From an uncultured Lachnospiraceae bacterium (lineage in GTDB: Bacteria; Bacillota; Clostridia; Lachnospirales; Lachnospiraceae), in contig OMUU01000107.1 of the NCBI GenBank assembly GCA_900314295.1, forward strand, positions 5,201 to 69,200: a stretch of DNA of 64,000 nucleotides, read 5' to 3'. Positions 26,800 through 35,313 of the stretch are shown piece by piece; the first letter of the stretch is position 1; each line of letters opens with the position of its first letter. The notes beneath the pieces are model-generated. The model saw only the letters and a program-made list of their open reading frames with translations. It was not told the origin of the DNA and did no database searches. The translations under genes were made by a program, and so were the position numbers.

Positions 26800-27563
26800 T
26801 TCATCACATCCTTCCAGAAATCCTCCTGCTCCCGCGCGGAGGAGATGAGAGTCTCTACAAAAGGATCCGCGGGATGACGCACGATTTCCTGCGGGGTGTC
26901 AAACTGCAGAAGCTTTCCCCGGTCCATGATCATGACGCGGTTTCCGAGGCGGAAGGCTTCGTTGATATCGTGTGTGACCAGGAGAAAAGTGCGGCTGGTC
27001 TCCTCATGAATTCGCTTGAGTTCATTCTGAAGGTTAAGGCGTGTGATGGCATCGATAGCTCCGAAGGGCTCGTCGAGAAGCATGATCTTCGGATTGGTTA
27101 CCAGCGCTCTGGCAAGACCGATTCTCTGCTGCTGTCCTCCGGAAAGCTGCGAAGGATAGCGGTTCCGGTAGGTTTCCGGATCGAGATCGACCAGCTTGAG
27201 CAGTTCCGTGACGCGGTCGTGAATCTTCGAGCGGTCCCATTTCTCGAGCTGAGGAATGATACCGATGTTCTGCTCAATGGTCATGTGAGGGAAAAGTCCC
27301 ACCTGCTGGATGACATAGCCCATGCGGCGTCGCACCACGATTGGATCTACCGTGGAGATATCCTCTCCGAAGAGAATGATTTTGCCCTGGCTGGGCTCGA
27401 TCAGACGGTTTGTCATCTTGAGAAGAGTGGTCTTTCCGCAGCCGGAGGATCCAAGAATGGTGATAAATTCACCCTCCTGAACCTCTGCGGATACATGGTC
27501 TACGGACAGGACATCGGAGCCGGGATATTTTTTGGATACGTTCTGATATTGGATGGCTTTCAT
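26796..27563 (-). CDS. ABC transporter ATP-binding protein (OpuCA/ProV-like, no CBS tail)
   Basis: Walker A GSSGCGKTT, signature LSGGQQQR and Walker B IMLLDEPF. 255 aa. Confidence 0.9.
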   Translation of the reverse strand: MKAIQYQNVSKKYPGSDVLSVDHVSAEVQEGEFITILGSSGCGKTTLLKMTNRLIEPSQGKIILFGEDISTVDPIVVRRRMGYVIQQVGLFPHMTIEQNIGIIPQLEKWDRSKIHDRVTELLKLVDLDPETYRNRYPSQLSGGQQQRIGLARALVTNPKIMLLDEPFGAIDAITRLNLQNELKRIHEETSRTFLLVTHDINEAFRLGNRVMIMDRGKLLQFDTPQEIVRHPADPFVETLISSAREQEDFWKDVMK

Positions 27564-27582
27564 ATTTTATCCTTCCTCACGA

Positions 27583-27710
27583 AAACAGAGTGGAACAGTG
27601 TCTGAGCCTGTGCAGAGACAGAGTGGCTGAAAAGGCGTCTGTGTCTGCGCAGAGACAGAATGGATGAAAAAAACATCCGAGCATGCGCATCAACAGAGAG
27701 AATGAAACAG
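27583..27710. repeat. About 3 x 37-bp degenerate tandem repeat between the SBP and ATPase genes
   Basis: AGAGACAGAGTGGCTGAAAAGGCGTCTGTGTCTGCGC is followed by AGAGACAGAATGGATGAAAAAAACATCCGAGCATGCGC, with partial flanking units. Confidence 0.65.
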
Positions 27711-27755
27711 CTCCCGCTCCTGGTTCTGCGAACAGATTAAAATGGCGTGCCTTTT

Positions 27756-28784
27756 TTATGATGCGCTGGTTGAGACAGAATCGGAAGTGCTGCCGGAAAG
27801 GCTGTCTGCAATGCTGTCGTAGTAGGATTTCGCGACATCCTCATACTCCTTTTTATCGATATCTACTTCAGCGTTGAGCTTTGTGAGAACCTCAGTGGTG
27901 AGAGTCTTGTCGACAGCATTCAGGGTGTCTGCAATCTCCGGATTCAAAGAAAGGGCGTCGTTTCGTACGACAGGAGCCAGGTTGTAGGGCGGCCATGCCT
28001 GCTTGTCATCGTCCAGAAGAACGTATTTGTCGGTCTCTGAGAGCGCGCCCTCTGTGGTATAAGCCGGAGCGACGTCTGCTTCGCCGCTGGCAACGACCTG
28101 GTACTTCAGGCTGTTGTCATATACTTTTGTAGATTTAAAGTTAAATTCACCGTATACCTCGTTTAATCTGGGAAGGCCGTCCTCCCGCTGGTCAAATTCT
28201 CCCTGGGAGGCAAAATTCAGCTCGGAGGCATGCTTCTGGAGCTCGGAGATCGTTGTGATGCCGTACTTGTCAGAGGCTTCCTTGCTGATGAAAAGACCCT
28301 GGCCGTCGTTTCCCGGCGCGTAGTCGAGCCAGGTTACATCGAACTTGTCGGCATATTGCTTTTTAACCTCGTCATAGACCTTCTGGGGATCGGTGATCGG
28401 ATCCTCCTTCAGGATCGAGATCAGGCCGGTGCCGGTATACTCCGGGTACAGATCGATGTCGTCACTGATCAGGCTGGTGTGAATCAGCGAGGAGGAGATA
28501 TCGAAGGTCCGTTCCACCTTATAGCCGGCGTCTTCGAGGGCGAGGGCATAGATCTCTGCAACAACTTCATTTTCCGTAAAGTCCTTGGATCCGACGCGCA
28601 CGGTTCCTTTTTTCGCCTTTCCGGACTTGACGGAAGCCGCCGCGGAAGCGGAGGATACGGCTGAGGAACCGGAGACGGAAGTGGATCCCTGGCTGGTGAA
28701 CTGACTGCTTCCGCAGCCGGTGAGTACTGTGAGGCCTGCGGCAAGGGTGAGGAGAAGGGTACGGGAGAGGATATTCTTTTTCAT
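27756..28784 (-). CDS. Glycine-betaine/choline-type substrate-binding lipoprotein (OpuAC-fold)
   Basis: The internal start MKKNILSRTLLLTLAAGLTVLTGCGSS has a lipobox. VRVGSKDFTENEVVAEIYALALEDAGY...YPEYTGTGL is typical of OpuBC/OpuCC proteins. Confidence 0.85.
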   Translation of the reverse strand: MKKNILSRTLLLTLAAGLTVLTGCGSSQFTSQGSTSVSGSSAVSSASAAASVKSGKAKKGTVRVGSKDFTENEVVAEIYALALEDAGYKVERTFDISSSLIHTSLISDDIDLYPEYTGTGLISILKEDPITDPQKVYDEVKKQYADKFDVTWLDYAPGNDGQGLFISKEASDKYGITTISELQKHASELNFASQGEFDQREDGLPRLNEVYGEFNFKSTKVYDNSLKYQVVASGEADVAPAYTTEGALSETDKYVLLDDDKQAWPPYNLAPVVRNDALSLNPEIADTLNAVDKTLTTEVLTKLNAEVDIDKKEYEDVAKSYYDSIADSLSGSTSDSVSTSAS

Positions 28785-28941
28785 AAGGAAACTCCTTTCT
28801 TTTTGCGGAATCCGGAAATTCACAAGAAGATTCTTTCGTTGTACAGAATCCGAAATTCCGTGGGGACCGGTACGAAACATTTGGCAAACCGGTCTGCAGT
28901 CGTTAGATGTAATAATTAATGTTTCATCATACGGTAATTTC

Positions 28942-28970
28942 ACTATACACGATTCTGTGGCTTTTGACAA
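28942..28970 (-). promoter_or_regulatory. Promoter candidate for the opu-like operon
   Basis: The reverse strand reads TTGTCA, a 17-nt spacer, then TATAGT. This leaves a leader of about 150 nt. Confidence 0.45.
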
Positions 28971-28992
28971 GGAGATTTTTACAATTTCGGAA

Positions 28993-30300
28993 TCAAATCT
29001 GCTGCGACTGGTTCAGAGCCTGGTCCATATCCCGGATCAGATCGTCGATATCCTCGATACCGACGGACAGCCGGAGAGAATCGGGATAGACGCCTGCCTT
29101 CGCGTTCTCTTCGGGGGAATGCCCGAAATGCGTGGAGGACGCGGGATGTACGATCAGCGATTTGGCATCACCGACATTCGTCATGTAGTCGAAGATACGG
29201 ACTGCCTTCAGGGTACGGAGAGCGGCCTCCTGTCCTCCCTTCACCCGGATGGACATAATTGCGCCCGGGCCCTTGGGAAAATATTTTTCGGCAAGGCTGT
29301 GATAGGGGCTGGATTCCAGTCCGGGATACAGAACCTCCGTGACGGCCGGATGCTTCTCGAGAAAAGCCGCGAGCTTTCCGGCGTTTGACACGTGCCGCTC
29401 CATGCGAAGGGAAAGAGTCTCCATACCCTGCAGGACATAGAAGGCCGTCTGCGGACTCATGTGAGCACCGAGATCGGTGAGATATGTGATCCGGAGACGC
29501 TTCGTGAACATTTCGCGTTTCAGGGTTTCTTCATCGATCCAGTCCTTGAAGTCATTGTAAAAGGTTTCAAACTCCGGGAAACGACCGTTCAGATAGTTGA
29601 ACTTTCCGCTTTCCACCACCATTCCGGCGATGTTTACACCGTGACCGGACAGATATTTGGTCGCGGAATAGCAGATGATGTCGACGCCGTGCTCGAAGGG
29701 CCGGAACAGATAGGGGGTCGCGAAGGTGTTGTCAATGACCACTGGAATGCCGTAGGAATGAGCAAGGGCTGTGATGCGGTCCACGTCCAGTACATTCATT
29801 CCGGGATTTCCGAGCGCCTCGATGTAGATGGCTTTGGTGCGGTCGTCTATATAGTTCCGGTAGGAATCAATGTCGGTTTCGTCTTCAATGAAGCGTCCTT
29901 CGATGCCGTACTGAGGCAGAGTTTTCTGAAGAAGGGTGGTAGTGCCGCCGTAGAGAGTGGGAACCGACACAATGTTGTCACCCTGGTGCGCCAGCGTCAG
30001 GAAGGTGTCGGAGATAGCTGCCATGCCGGAGGCGAGGGAAACCGCGGCGCTTCCTCCCTCAAGAGAGGTCAGGCGTTTCTCCAGCACACGGTTTGTGGGG
30101 TTGGAAAAACGTACGTAGGAATCTCCTTCTTCTTCATATTTAAATAACCGAAGACAGCGCTCGTAGCTGCCGAGCTCAAAGGCAGCGGTCTGATAAATCG
30201 GAACTGCTTTGGACAGAAAATGCTGTGACGGGTCGTAGCCCGCGTGCAGCTGCCGAGTGGTAAATCCAAGAGTATCATCATCAAAAGCCTCGTAACTCAT
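28993..30300 (-). CDS. metY: O-acetylhomoserine (thiol)-lyase / sulfhydrylase family PLP enzyme
   Basis: MSYEAFDDDTLGFTTRQLHAGYDP, with the PLP-lysine context YSATKYLSGHG. About 435 aa from an internal start preceded by AAGGAG. Confidence 0.85.
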   Translation of the reverse strand: MSYEAFDDDTLGFTTRQLHAGYDPSQHFLSKAVPIYQTAAFELGSYERCLRLFKYEEEGDSYVRFSNPTNRVLEKRLTSLEGGSAAVSLASGMAAISDTFLTLAHQGDNIVSVPTLYGGTTTLLQKTLPQYGIEGRFIEDETDIDSYRNYIDDRTKAIYIEALGNPGMNVLDVDRITALAHSYGIPVVIDNTFATPYLFRPFEHGVDIICYSATKYLSGHGVNIAGMVVESGKFNYLNGRFPEFETFYNDFKDWIDEETLKREMFTKRLRITYLTDLGAHMSPQTAFYVLQGMETLSLRMERHVSNAGKLAAFLEKHPAVTEVLYPGLESSPYHSLAEKYFPKGPGAIMSIRVKGGQEAALRTLKAVRIFDYMTNVGDAKSLIVHPASSTHFGHSPEENAKAGVYPDSLRLSVGIEDIDDLIRDMDQALNQSQQI

Positions 30301-30327
30301 GTCATATTCTCCTTGTGGTATATGTAG

Positions 30328-30424
30328 TAGAGCATTCACTAATTGGGCAGACCAATTGAAATGTCAAAGAAGGCCTTACCTGGCGTCATCTTGTAAAATC
30401 ATTGGTCCGTGTATGTTCTGAACG
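30328..30424 (-). repeat. 97-nt intergenic element, copy B (same orientation relative to metY as copy A has to its gene)
   Basis: The reverse complement aligns to 11883-11979 with 6 mismatches. It ends 27 nt upstream of the metY ATG. Confidence 0.8.
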
Positions 30425-30491
30425 TTCTGGTAGGTATTATAGGTATTGTAGGTATAGGTATTAATTTCGGACTGGATTCATGCCTGCGGTA

Positions 30492-31541
30492 TCAAAGAGC
30501 TGACGGATCCTTTCTCGGCACCAGCTGCAGAGCATCGACCGGACAGGTGCTGGCGCAGATGCCGCATCCGTTGCATTCGTCCATGCGGAAGGACAGAGAC
30601 GCGTCTTTGCCGCGGCCCGTCATGGAAATGACATCGAAGCGGCAGCGCTTGACACATCGTCCGCACCCGATGCAGGGGTTCGCGTCATAGGATATGATGT
30701 GCGGCGCCTTCGGCCAGAAGCCGACACTCTTGCGGTCGCGCTGCACCCGGAAGAGGTAGCAGTCCGTTGCATTGCAGTTGCAGATGCCGTGGTCGCTGAT
30801 GGTGTGTACAAGTCCTGCTTTGTCGGTATCGCGGATGATCTGCTTCGCCTGCTCCTTGGTGATGCGGTCTGAGATTTTCCGGGTTACGAAGCTGTTATCT
30901 CCATGAACAAAGTTGATACAGGTATTGGTCGGGTCCTCCGCCTGGCCTCCCAGACATTTGCAGTCACAGCGGGCAAGGTAAAGGGGTCGTTCCTCCCGGT
31001 CAATGAAATCAAGCATCTCCTGCAGAGATATGATCTCGTCAGTGGTTGGTCTTACGTTTGGATCGGGGTCCAGACCTTTCTCATATTCATCGAAGTACCA
31101 CTGATCCAGCTTTACCCGGAGATCTGCGGGAAGGGTGTGATAGCGGCGCGTTTCGCTGACGCTCAGGACATCCAGCATCCCATAGAAGTTGTTCAGCGTG
31201 TAGTCATAATCCGAGGGTGCGGCATCATCCGGATTCTCCGGGGTATCGTCCCGGCGCACCCTGGCCAGAACGCCTCTCCGGAAGGCGTCCTCCGCATATT
31301 CAGGATCGAGGGAGCGGTAGGCAACCGGAGTTCCGTCAAAGGCTAGAATGAACTTCCGATCCTCTTCTGTAAAAAAGAAGTCGATCAGACGGATTCCAAC
31401 CTCCGGCATTCGGAACTTCTCCCCAATTTCCTTCTCCGCCCGGGTAAGGGGAGAAGTATTGTATCCCTGATATTCCTCTTCTAGATTGTAAGGAACGGCA
31501 GCGGCAATATCGATATGATCCTGTGGTTTAATGTTCTGCAT
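30492..31541 (-). CDS. 4Fe-4S dicluster-domain protein of unknown function
   Basis: 349 aa. The C-terminus carries CIGCGRCVKRC and CNGCGICASTCP ferredoxin motifs, plus extra Cys clusters (CDCKC, CNCNATDC). Confidence 0.75.
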   Translation of the reverse strand: MQNIKPQDHIDIAAAVPYNLEEEYQGYNTSPLTRAEKEIGEKFRMPEVGIRLIDFFFTEEDRKFILAFDGTPVAYRSLDPEYAEDAFRRGVLARVRRDDTPENPDDAAPSDYDYTLNNFYGMLDVLSVSETRRYHTLPADLRVKLDQWYFDEYEKGLDPDPNVRPTTDEIISLQEMLDFIDREERPLYLARCDCKCLGGQAEDPTNTCINFVHGDNSFVTRKISDRITKEQAKQIIRDTDKAGLVHTISDHGICNCNATDCYLFRVQRDRKSVGFWPKAPHIISYDANPCIGCGRCVKRCRFDVISMTGRGKDASLSFRMDECNGCGICASTCPVDALQLVPRKDPSAL

Positions 31542-31568
31542 GGACGGTCATCCCTTCCTGAGTCATAG

Positions 31569-31740
31569 ATCAAATAATCATGTATCAAATAATCATGTAT
31601 CAAATGGGCATATATCAAATTCAAATACCAAATAGGCAGATGGCAAATGTCAAATGCAAATAATCAGATGCCAGATGGGAAGATATCTGATAGCCAGATA
31701 TCAAATTTATATATCATACATATCTGATATGAAATATATG
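31569..31740. repeat. AT-rich degenerate array with a 13-16 bp period, built on ATCAAAT / ATCAGAT words
   Basis: ATCAAATAATCATGT occurs twice exactly (31569, 31584). Then come ATCAAATGGGCATAT, ATCAAATTCAAATACC, CAAATGTCAAATG, CAAATAATCAGATGC and others. Confidence 0.7.
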
Positions 31741-31815
31741 TTTAAGTTGAAAAGACCATATCACTATTGCATACGATTGTCAACGGATATTTGAAATTTC
31801 AAGTAAACAGTAGGG

Positions 31816-31913
31816 GGCGACGAAATTGAAGAAATCTTGATTTTCGTTGCCTGACAAGTTTTGTATGCTGAATGTCAGGCGACGAATTTGCGGAAATCTT
31901 GATCTCCGTCGTC
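31816..31913 (+). repeat. Two ~36-nt related hairpin units with the shared core GAAATCTTGAT, flanking a third hairpin
   Basis: U1 is GGCGACGAAATTGAAGAAATCTTGATTTTCGTTGCC (31816-31851) and U2 is GGCGACGAATTTGCGGAAATCTTGATCTCCGTCGTC (31878-31913). The middle stem is CCTGACA/TGTCAGG (31850-31879). Confidence 0.6.
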
Positions 31914-32023
31914 AGGCGGCAAATATAGTAGGGTGAGAATTATACGGAATCGATACTGTGCCGGGAAAAAGATGTTATAATTGCTACATCTGCAAAAACA
32001 GGAAGAATAAAAAGGCAAAAGGT

Positions 32024-32476
32024 ATGGATACAAAAGATATGGAAGCCAGAGATGTGGAGGAAAAAGACATGGATGATATAGTGAAGAGAAGTCATGAGCT
32101 GCGGGATGACCCGGTTCATCATTATAACTGTGCACAGGCAGTTTTCATTCCGTTTGCGGAGAGAAAAGGACTAACAGCGGAGCAGGCGAATGCGATTGCG
32201 CAGAACTTCGGCTCCGGAATGCAGACGGGGCTGACGTGCGGCGCAATTACCGGAGGGCTGATGGCTCTGGGACTGTGCGGAGCCGGTGGTCCCGGAGTTG
32301 CCGCGGAACTCATGCGCCGGGTCGGAGGCAGGCATGAAGGGCGCACCCAGTGCCGAGATCTTCTGGCGGCGGAAGTCCGGACATCCGGGGAGAAGAAGCC
32401 GCACTGCGATGGGATGGTATATGAGGCGGTGGAGGCAGTAGAGGAAATGCTCCTCGATCGGGGAATAACCTTCTAG
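32024..32476 (+). CDS. C_GCAxxG_C_C family protein (putative redox-active)
   Basis: HYNCAQAVFIPFAE and GLTCGAITGGLMALG are the family signature. The start is uncertain: the ORF opens at 31958, and Met codons lie at 32024, 32039 and 32069. Confidence 0.7.
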   Translation: MDTKDMEARDVEEKDMDDIVKRSHELRDDPVHHYNCAQAVFIPFAERKGLTAEQANAIAQNFGSGMQTGLTCGAITGGLMALGLCGAGGPGVAAELMRRVGGRHEGRTQCRDLLAAEVRTSGEKKPHCDGMVYEAVEAVEEMLLDRGITF

Positions 32477-32545
32477 AGCAACATGTTCGGGCGATAAACC
32501 GCCTGCCTCCGTACGGGGAAACCTGTACGGAGGTTCTCTGGACGC

Positions 32546-33223
32546 TCAAGGCGCGTCATGGATTTCAAAGTGATTTTTCTCAAAGGAGATCAGTCCCTCG
32601 CTCTTCATTTTGCCGAGTTCTTTCGACAGCGCGGTACGGTCAATATTGAGATAGTCGGCAAGCTGCTGCCGGTCAAAGGGGATGTCGAAATTTCGGCTTC
32701 CCTTTTTTAATGCGACAGAATTGAGATAGGACAGCACCTTTCCGCGAATGGTCTTCGGAGCAGTGTGGAAACTGCGGTCAGAGAGGACGAGATTCTTGTG
32801 CGCGGTGACCGTGAGCAGGTTTGTCAGGAGCTTCAGCGCCCAGGGATTGGCGGCGGCTGCCATTTTTTTCAGATCGTGGATATTGAGAAACAGGATGCGT
32901 GAGTTCTCATTCGCTACGACATCGACGAGCAGGGGCTCCCGGTTCAGAAGTGCATAGGTCTCCGCAAAGAGCTGCCCCGGTCCGACGTGACTCAGTATTG
33001 TGCGGTTTCCCCACACATCGTTACTCTCAATCGTGACACTCCCCTGGAGGACCATTCCCATCTGGTCCGTCGTATTTCCGGCGAAAAAAATAAAATCCCC
33101 TTTTTTGTATCGGAGGTCGGATGCGTGAAGGTCTTTCAGCGCGTCATGGAGTTCATCTGCTGTAAGCCCTCTGAAAAAAATCGTGTTTGTCAACTGTGTT
33201 TCGTCTATTTGAGGTTTCATCAT
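32546..33223 (-). CDS. Crp/Fnr-family transcriptional regulator (HcpR-like by context)
   Basis: 225 aa. N-terminal cNMP-binding fold and a C-terminal HTH (RQQLADYLNIDRTALSKELGKMKSEG). It is divergent from hcp. Confidence 0.85.
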   Translation of the reverse strand: MMKPQIDETQLTNTIFFRGLTADELHDALKDLHASDLRYKKGDFIFFAGNTTDQMGMVLQGSVTIESNDVWGNRTILSHVGPGQLFAETYALLNREPLLVDVVANENSRILFLNIHDLKKMAAAANPWALKLLTNLLTVTAHKNLVLSDRSFHTAPKTIRGKVLSYLNSVALKKGSRNFDIPFDRQQLADYLNIDRTALSKELGKMKSEGLISFEKNHFEIHDAP

Positions 33224-33403
33224 ACTGGCGTTTCCATAGAAGATAAGGTTCTTTTTTGTTTGCGTGGTAATGACAACATACTTCTGTCTCGAATTTTACT
33301 ATATTGTTCTCAACAAGACAACAGGGACTGCAGAGAACGGCCGATGATCAATGGCCGATGGCCCTAACGGCAAAGCGCATCAGGGAAACAAAGTACCGGA
33401 GCG

Positions 33404-33496
33404 ATGTCGGATCCGGGCTGTGCGGACAGGCAGAATGTCGGATCGGGGCTGTGCGGACAGGCAGAATGCCGGATCCGGGCTGTGCAGACAGATAAG
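33404..33496. repeat. 3 x 31-bp tandem repeat in the hcp leader
   Basis: ATGTCGGATCCGGGCTGTGCGGACAGGCAGA / ATGTCGGATCGGGGCTGTGCGGACAGGCAGA / ATGCCGGATCCGGGCTGTGCAGACAGATAAG. Confidence 0.9.
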
Positions 33497-33526
33497 GACG
33501 CCCGGAAGGGTGATACGAGGAGGTTA

Positions 33527-35173
33527 ATGATGGAAAACAAGATGTTCTGTTACCAGTGTCAGGAAACAGCGGGATGCAAGGGATGCACCGTGTCCGGTGT
33601 GTGCGGAAAAAAGCCTGAAGTTGCGGCTATGCAGGATCTGCTGGTATATGTAACCAAGGGACTGTCCAGTGTGACGACAAAGATGCGTGAAGAGGGGCTG
33701 ACCGTAGATAAAGAGGTAAATCACCTGGTGACCAGAAATCTCTTCATGACGATCACCAATGCAAATTTTGATCGTGAGGCGCTTCAGAATGCAGTAGAAG
33801 AGACCCTCACAAAGAAGCAGGAGCTTCTCGGAAAGCTTTCCGACAAGTCTGGACTTCCGGAGGCTGCTCTGTGGAACGGGTCCGCGGCAGAATTTGACGC
33901 AAAGGCAGCCGTTGTCGGCGTACTTTCCACAAAGGATGAGGATATCCGTTCTCTCCGCGAGCTGATCACCTATGGACTGAAGGGACTTTCCGCTTATTCT
34001 AAGCATGCGAATGCGCTTCTTCAGGACAATGAGGATGTGGATGCGTTCATTCAGAAGGCACTGGCAAAGACGCTGGATGATTCCCTCACCGTGGATGATC
34101 TGGTTGCGCTTACTCTTGAGACCGGTAAGTACGGTGTCGACGGAATGGCTCTTCTGGACAAGGCAAATACAGAGGCGTATGGAAATCCGGAGGTGACACA
34201 GGTAGAGATCGGCGTTCGCAAGAACCCGGGTATTCTGATTTCCGGACATGACCTGCGCGATCTGGAGATGCTGCTGGAGCAGACACAGGGAACCGGCGTA
34301 GATGTTTATACACATTCTGAGATGCTTCCGGCTCACTACTATCCGGCATTCAAGAAATATCCGAACTTCGCGGGTAACTACGGAAATGCATGGTGGAAGC
34401 AGAAGGAAGAGTTCGAGAAGTTCAACGGACCGATCCTGATGACAACCAACTGCGTGGTTCCTCCGGCAGCTAGCTACAAGGATCGTCTGTGGACAACCGG
34501 TGCGGCAGGATTCCCGGGATGCCGCCACATCGACGGCGCTTACGGCGAGACAAAGGATTTCTCCGCAATCATCGAGCAGGCAAAGCAGTGCGCTGCACCG
34601 ACAGAGATCGAGACCGGTACGATCACCGGAGGCTTTGCGCATGAGCAGGTATTCGCTCTGGCTGACAAGGTCGTAGACGCGGTTAAGTCAGGCGCGATCC
34701 GCAAGTTTGTCGTAATGGCAGGATGCGACGGCAGACATAAGAGCAGAGAGTATTACACAGAGTTCGCAAAGCGTCTGCCGAAGGATGTGGTAATCCTGAC
34801 CGCAGGATGCGCAAAATACAAATACAATAAGCTGGATCTCGGCGATATCGGCGGAATCCCGAGAGTACTTGATGCGGGTCAGTGCAACGACTCCTATTCC
34901 CTTGCTCTGATCGCACTGAAGCTGAAGGAAATCTTCCAGCTGGATGATATCAATGATCTTCCGATCGCATTCAACATCGCATGGTATGAGCAGAAGGCAG
35001 TCATCGTGCTCCTGGCTCTCCTGTATCTCGGTGTCAAGAACATCCATCTCGGACCGACACTTCCGGCATTCCTTTCCCCGAATGTCGCAAAGGTGCTGGT
35101 TGAGAACTTCGGAATCGCGGGAATCGGAACCGTTGATGACGATCTCAAGCTCTTCTTCGGAGATGAGGCGTAA
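33527..35173 (+). CDS. hcp: Hybrid-cluster protein / hydroxylamine reductase
   Basis: GAGGAGG RBS, then [21 protein letters not shown] (N-terminal Cys cluster). About 548 aa, typical of Hcp. Confidence 0.92.
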   Translation: MMENKMFCYQCQETAGCKGCTVSGVCGKKPEVAAMQDLLVYVTKGLSSVTTKMREEGLTVDKEVNHLVTRNLFMTITNANFDREALQNAVEETLTKKQELLGKLSDKSGLPEAALWNGSAAEFDAKAAVVGVLSTKDEDIRSLRELITYGLKGLSAYSKHANALLQDNEDVDAFIQKALAKTLDDSLTVDDLVALTLETGKYGVDGMALLDKANTEAYGNPEVTQVEIGVRKNPGILISGHDLRDLEMLLEQTQGTGVDVYTHSEMLPAHYYPAFKKYPNFAGNYGNAWWKQKEEFEKFNGPILMTTNCVVPPAASYKDRLWTTGAAGFPGCRHIDGAYGETKDFSAIIEQAKQCAAPTEIETGTITGGFAHEQVFALADKVVDAVKSGAIRKFVVMAGCDGRHKSREYYTEFAKRLPKDVVILTAGCAKYKYNKLDLGDIGGIPRVLDAGQCNDSYSLALIALKLKEIFQLDDINDLPIAFNIAWYEQKAVIVLLALLYLGVKNIHLGPTLPAFLSPNVAKVLVENFGIAGIGTVDDDLKLFFGDEA

Positions 35174-35254
35174 GACGAAAAACGGAAACGGCAGATCGGA
35201 AGATCTGGGAACCGTGCAGTATCTATATCAAAGAATGTCATAACATTATACATA

Positions 35255-35295
35255 GAGGCACCCCTTTTCAGAACATGTCTGAGAAGGGGTGCCTC
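35255..35295. terminator. Bidirectional terminator hairpin between hcp and the restriction gene
   Basis: GAGGCACCCCTT ... AAGGGGTGCCTC is a 12-bp stem with T-rich flanks on both strands. Confidence 0.7.
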
Positions 35296-35313
35296 TTCTT
35301 GAAGTGGATTTGT

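Noticed and set aside
28785-28941. c-di-AMP (ydaO-type) riboswitch in the ~150-nt leader of the opu-like operon
   Set aside because: Osmoprotectant transporters can carry this riboswitch. I could not find its pseudo-symmetric conserved cores here, only an isolated GGTCCCCACGGAATTTCGG stretch. It needs a covariance-model scan before any claim.
31816-31913. Guanidine-II (mini-ykkC) or tandem preQ1-I riboswitch for the twin hairpins
   Set aside because: ACGA occurs in the stems, not as an ACGR tetraloop on a short GC stem. There is no preQ1 A-rich tail consensus, and the downstream gene is not a typical target of either class.
33404-33526. N-terminal 41-codon extension of hcp suggested by the ORF track (start at 33404)
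   Set aside because: The extension is made of the 31-bp tandem repeat. The period is not a multiple of 3, so the repeat gives no repeating peptide. Hcp proteins begin at MFCYQC, and a GAGGAGG RBS precedes the ATG at 33527.
33524-34642. 372-aa minus-strand ORF
   Set aside because: Antisense shadow of hcp, with low-complexity L/R/C/H-rich composition.
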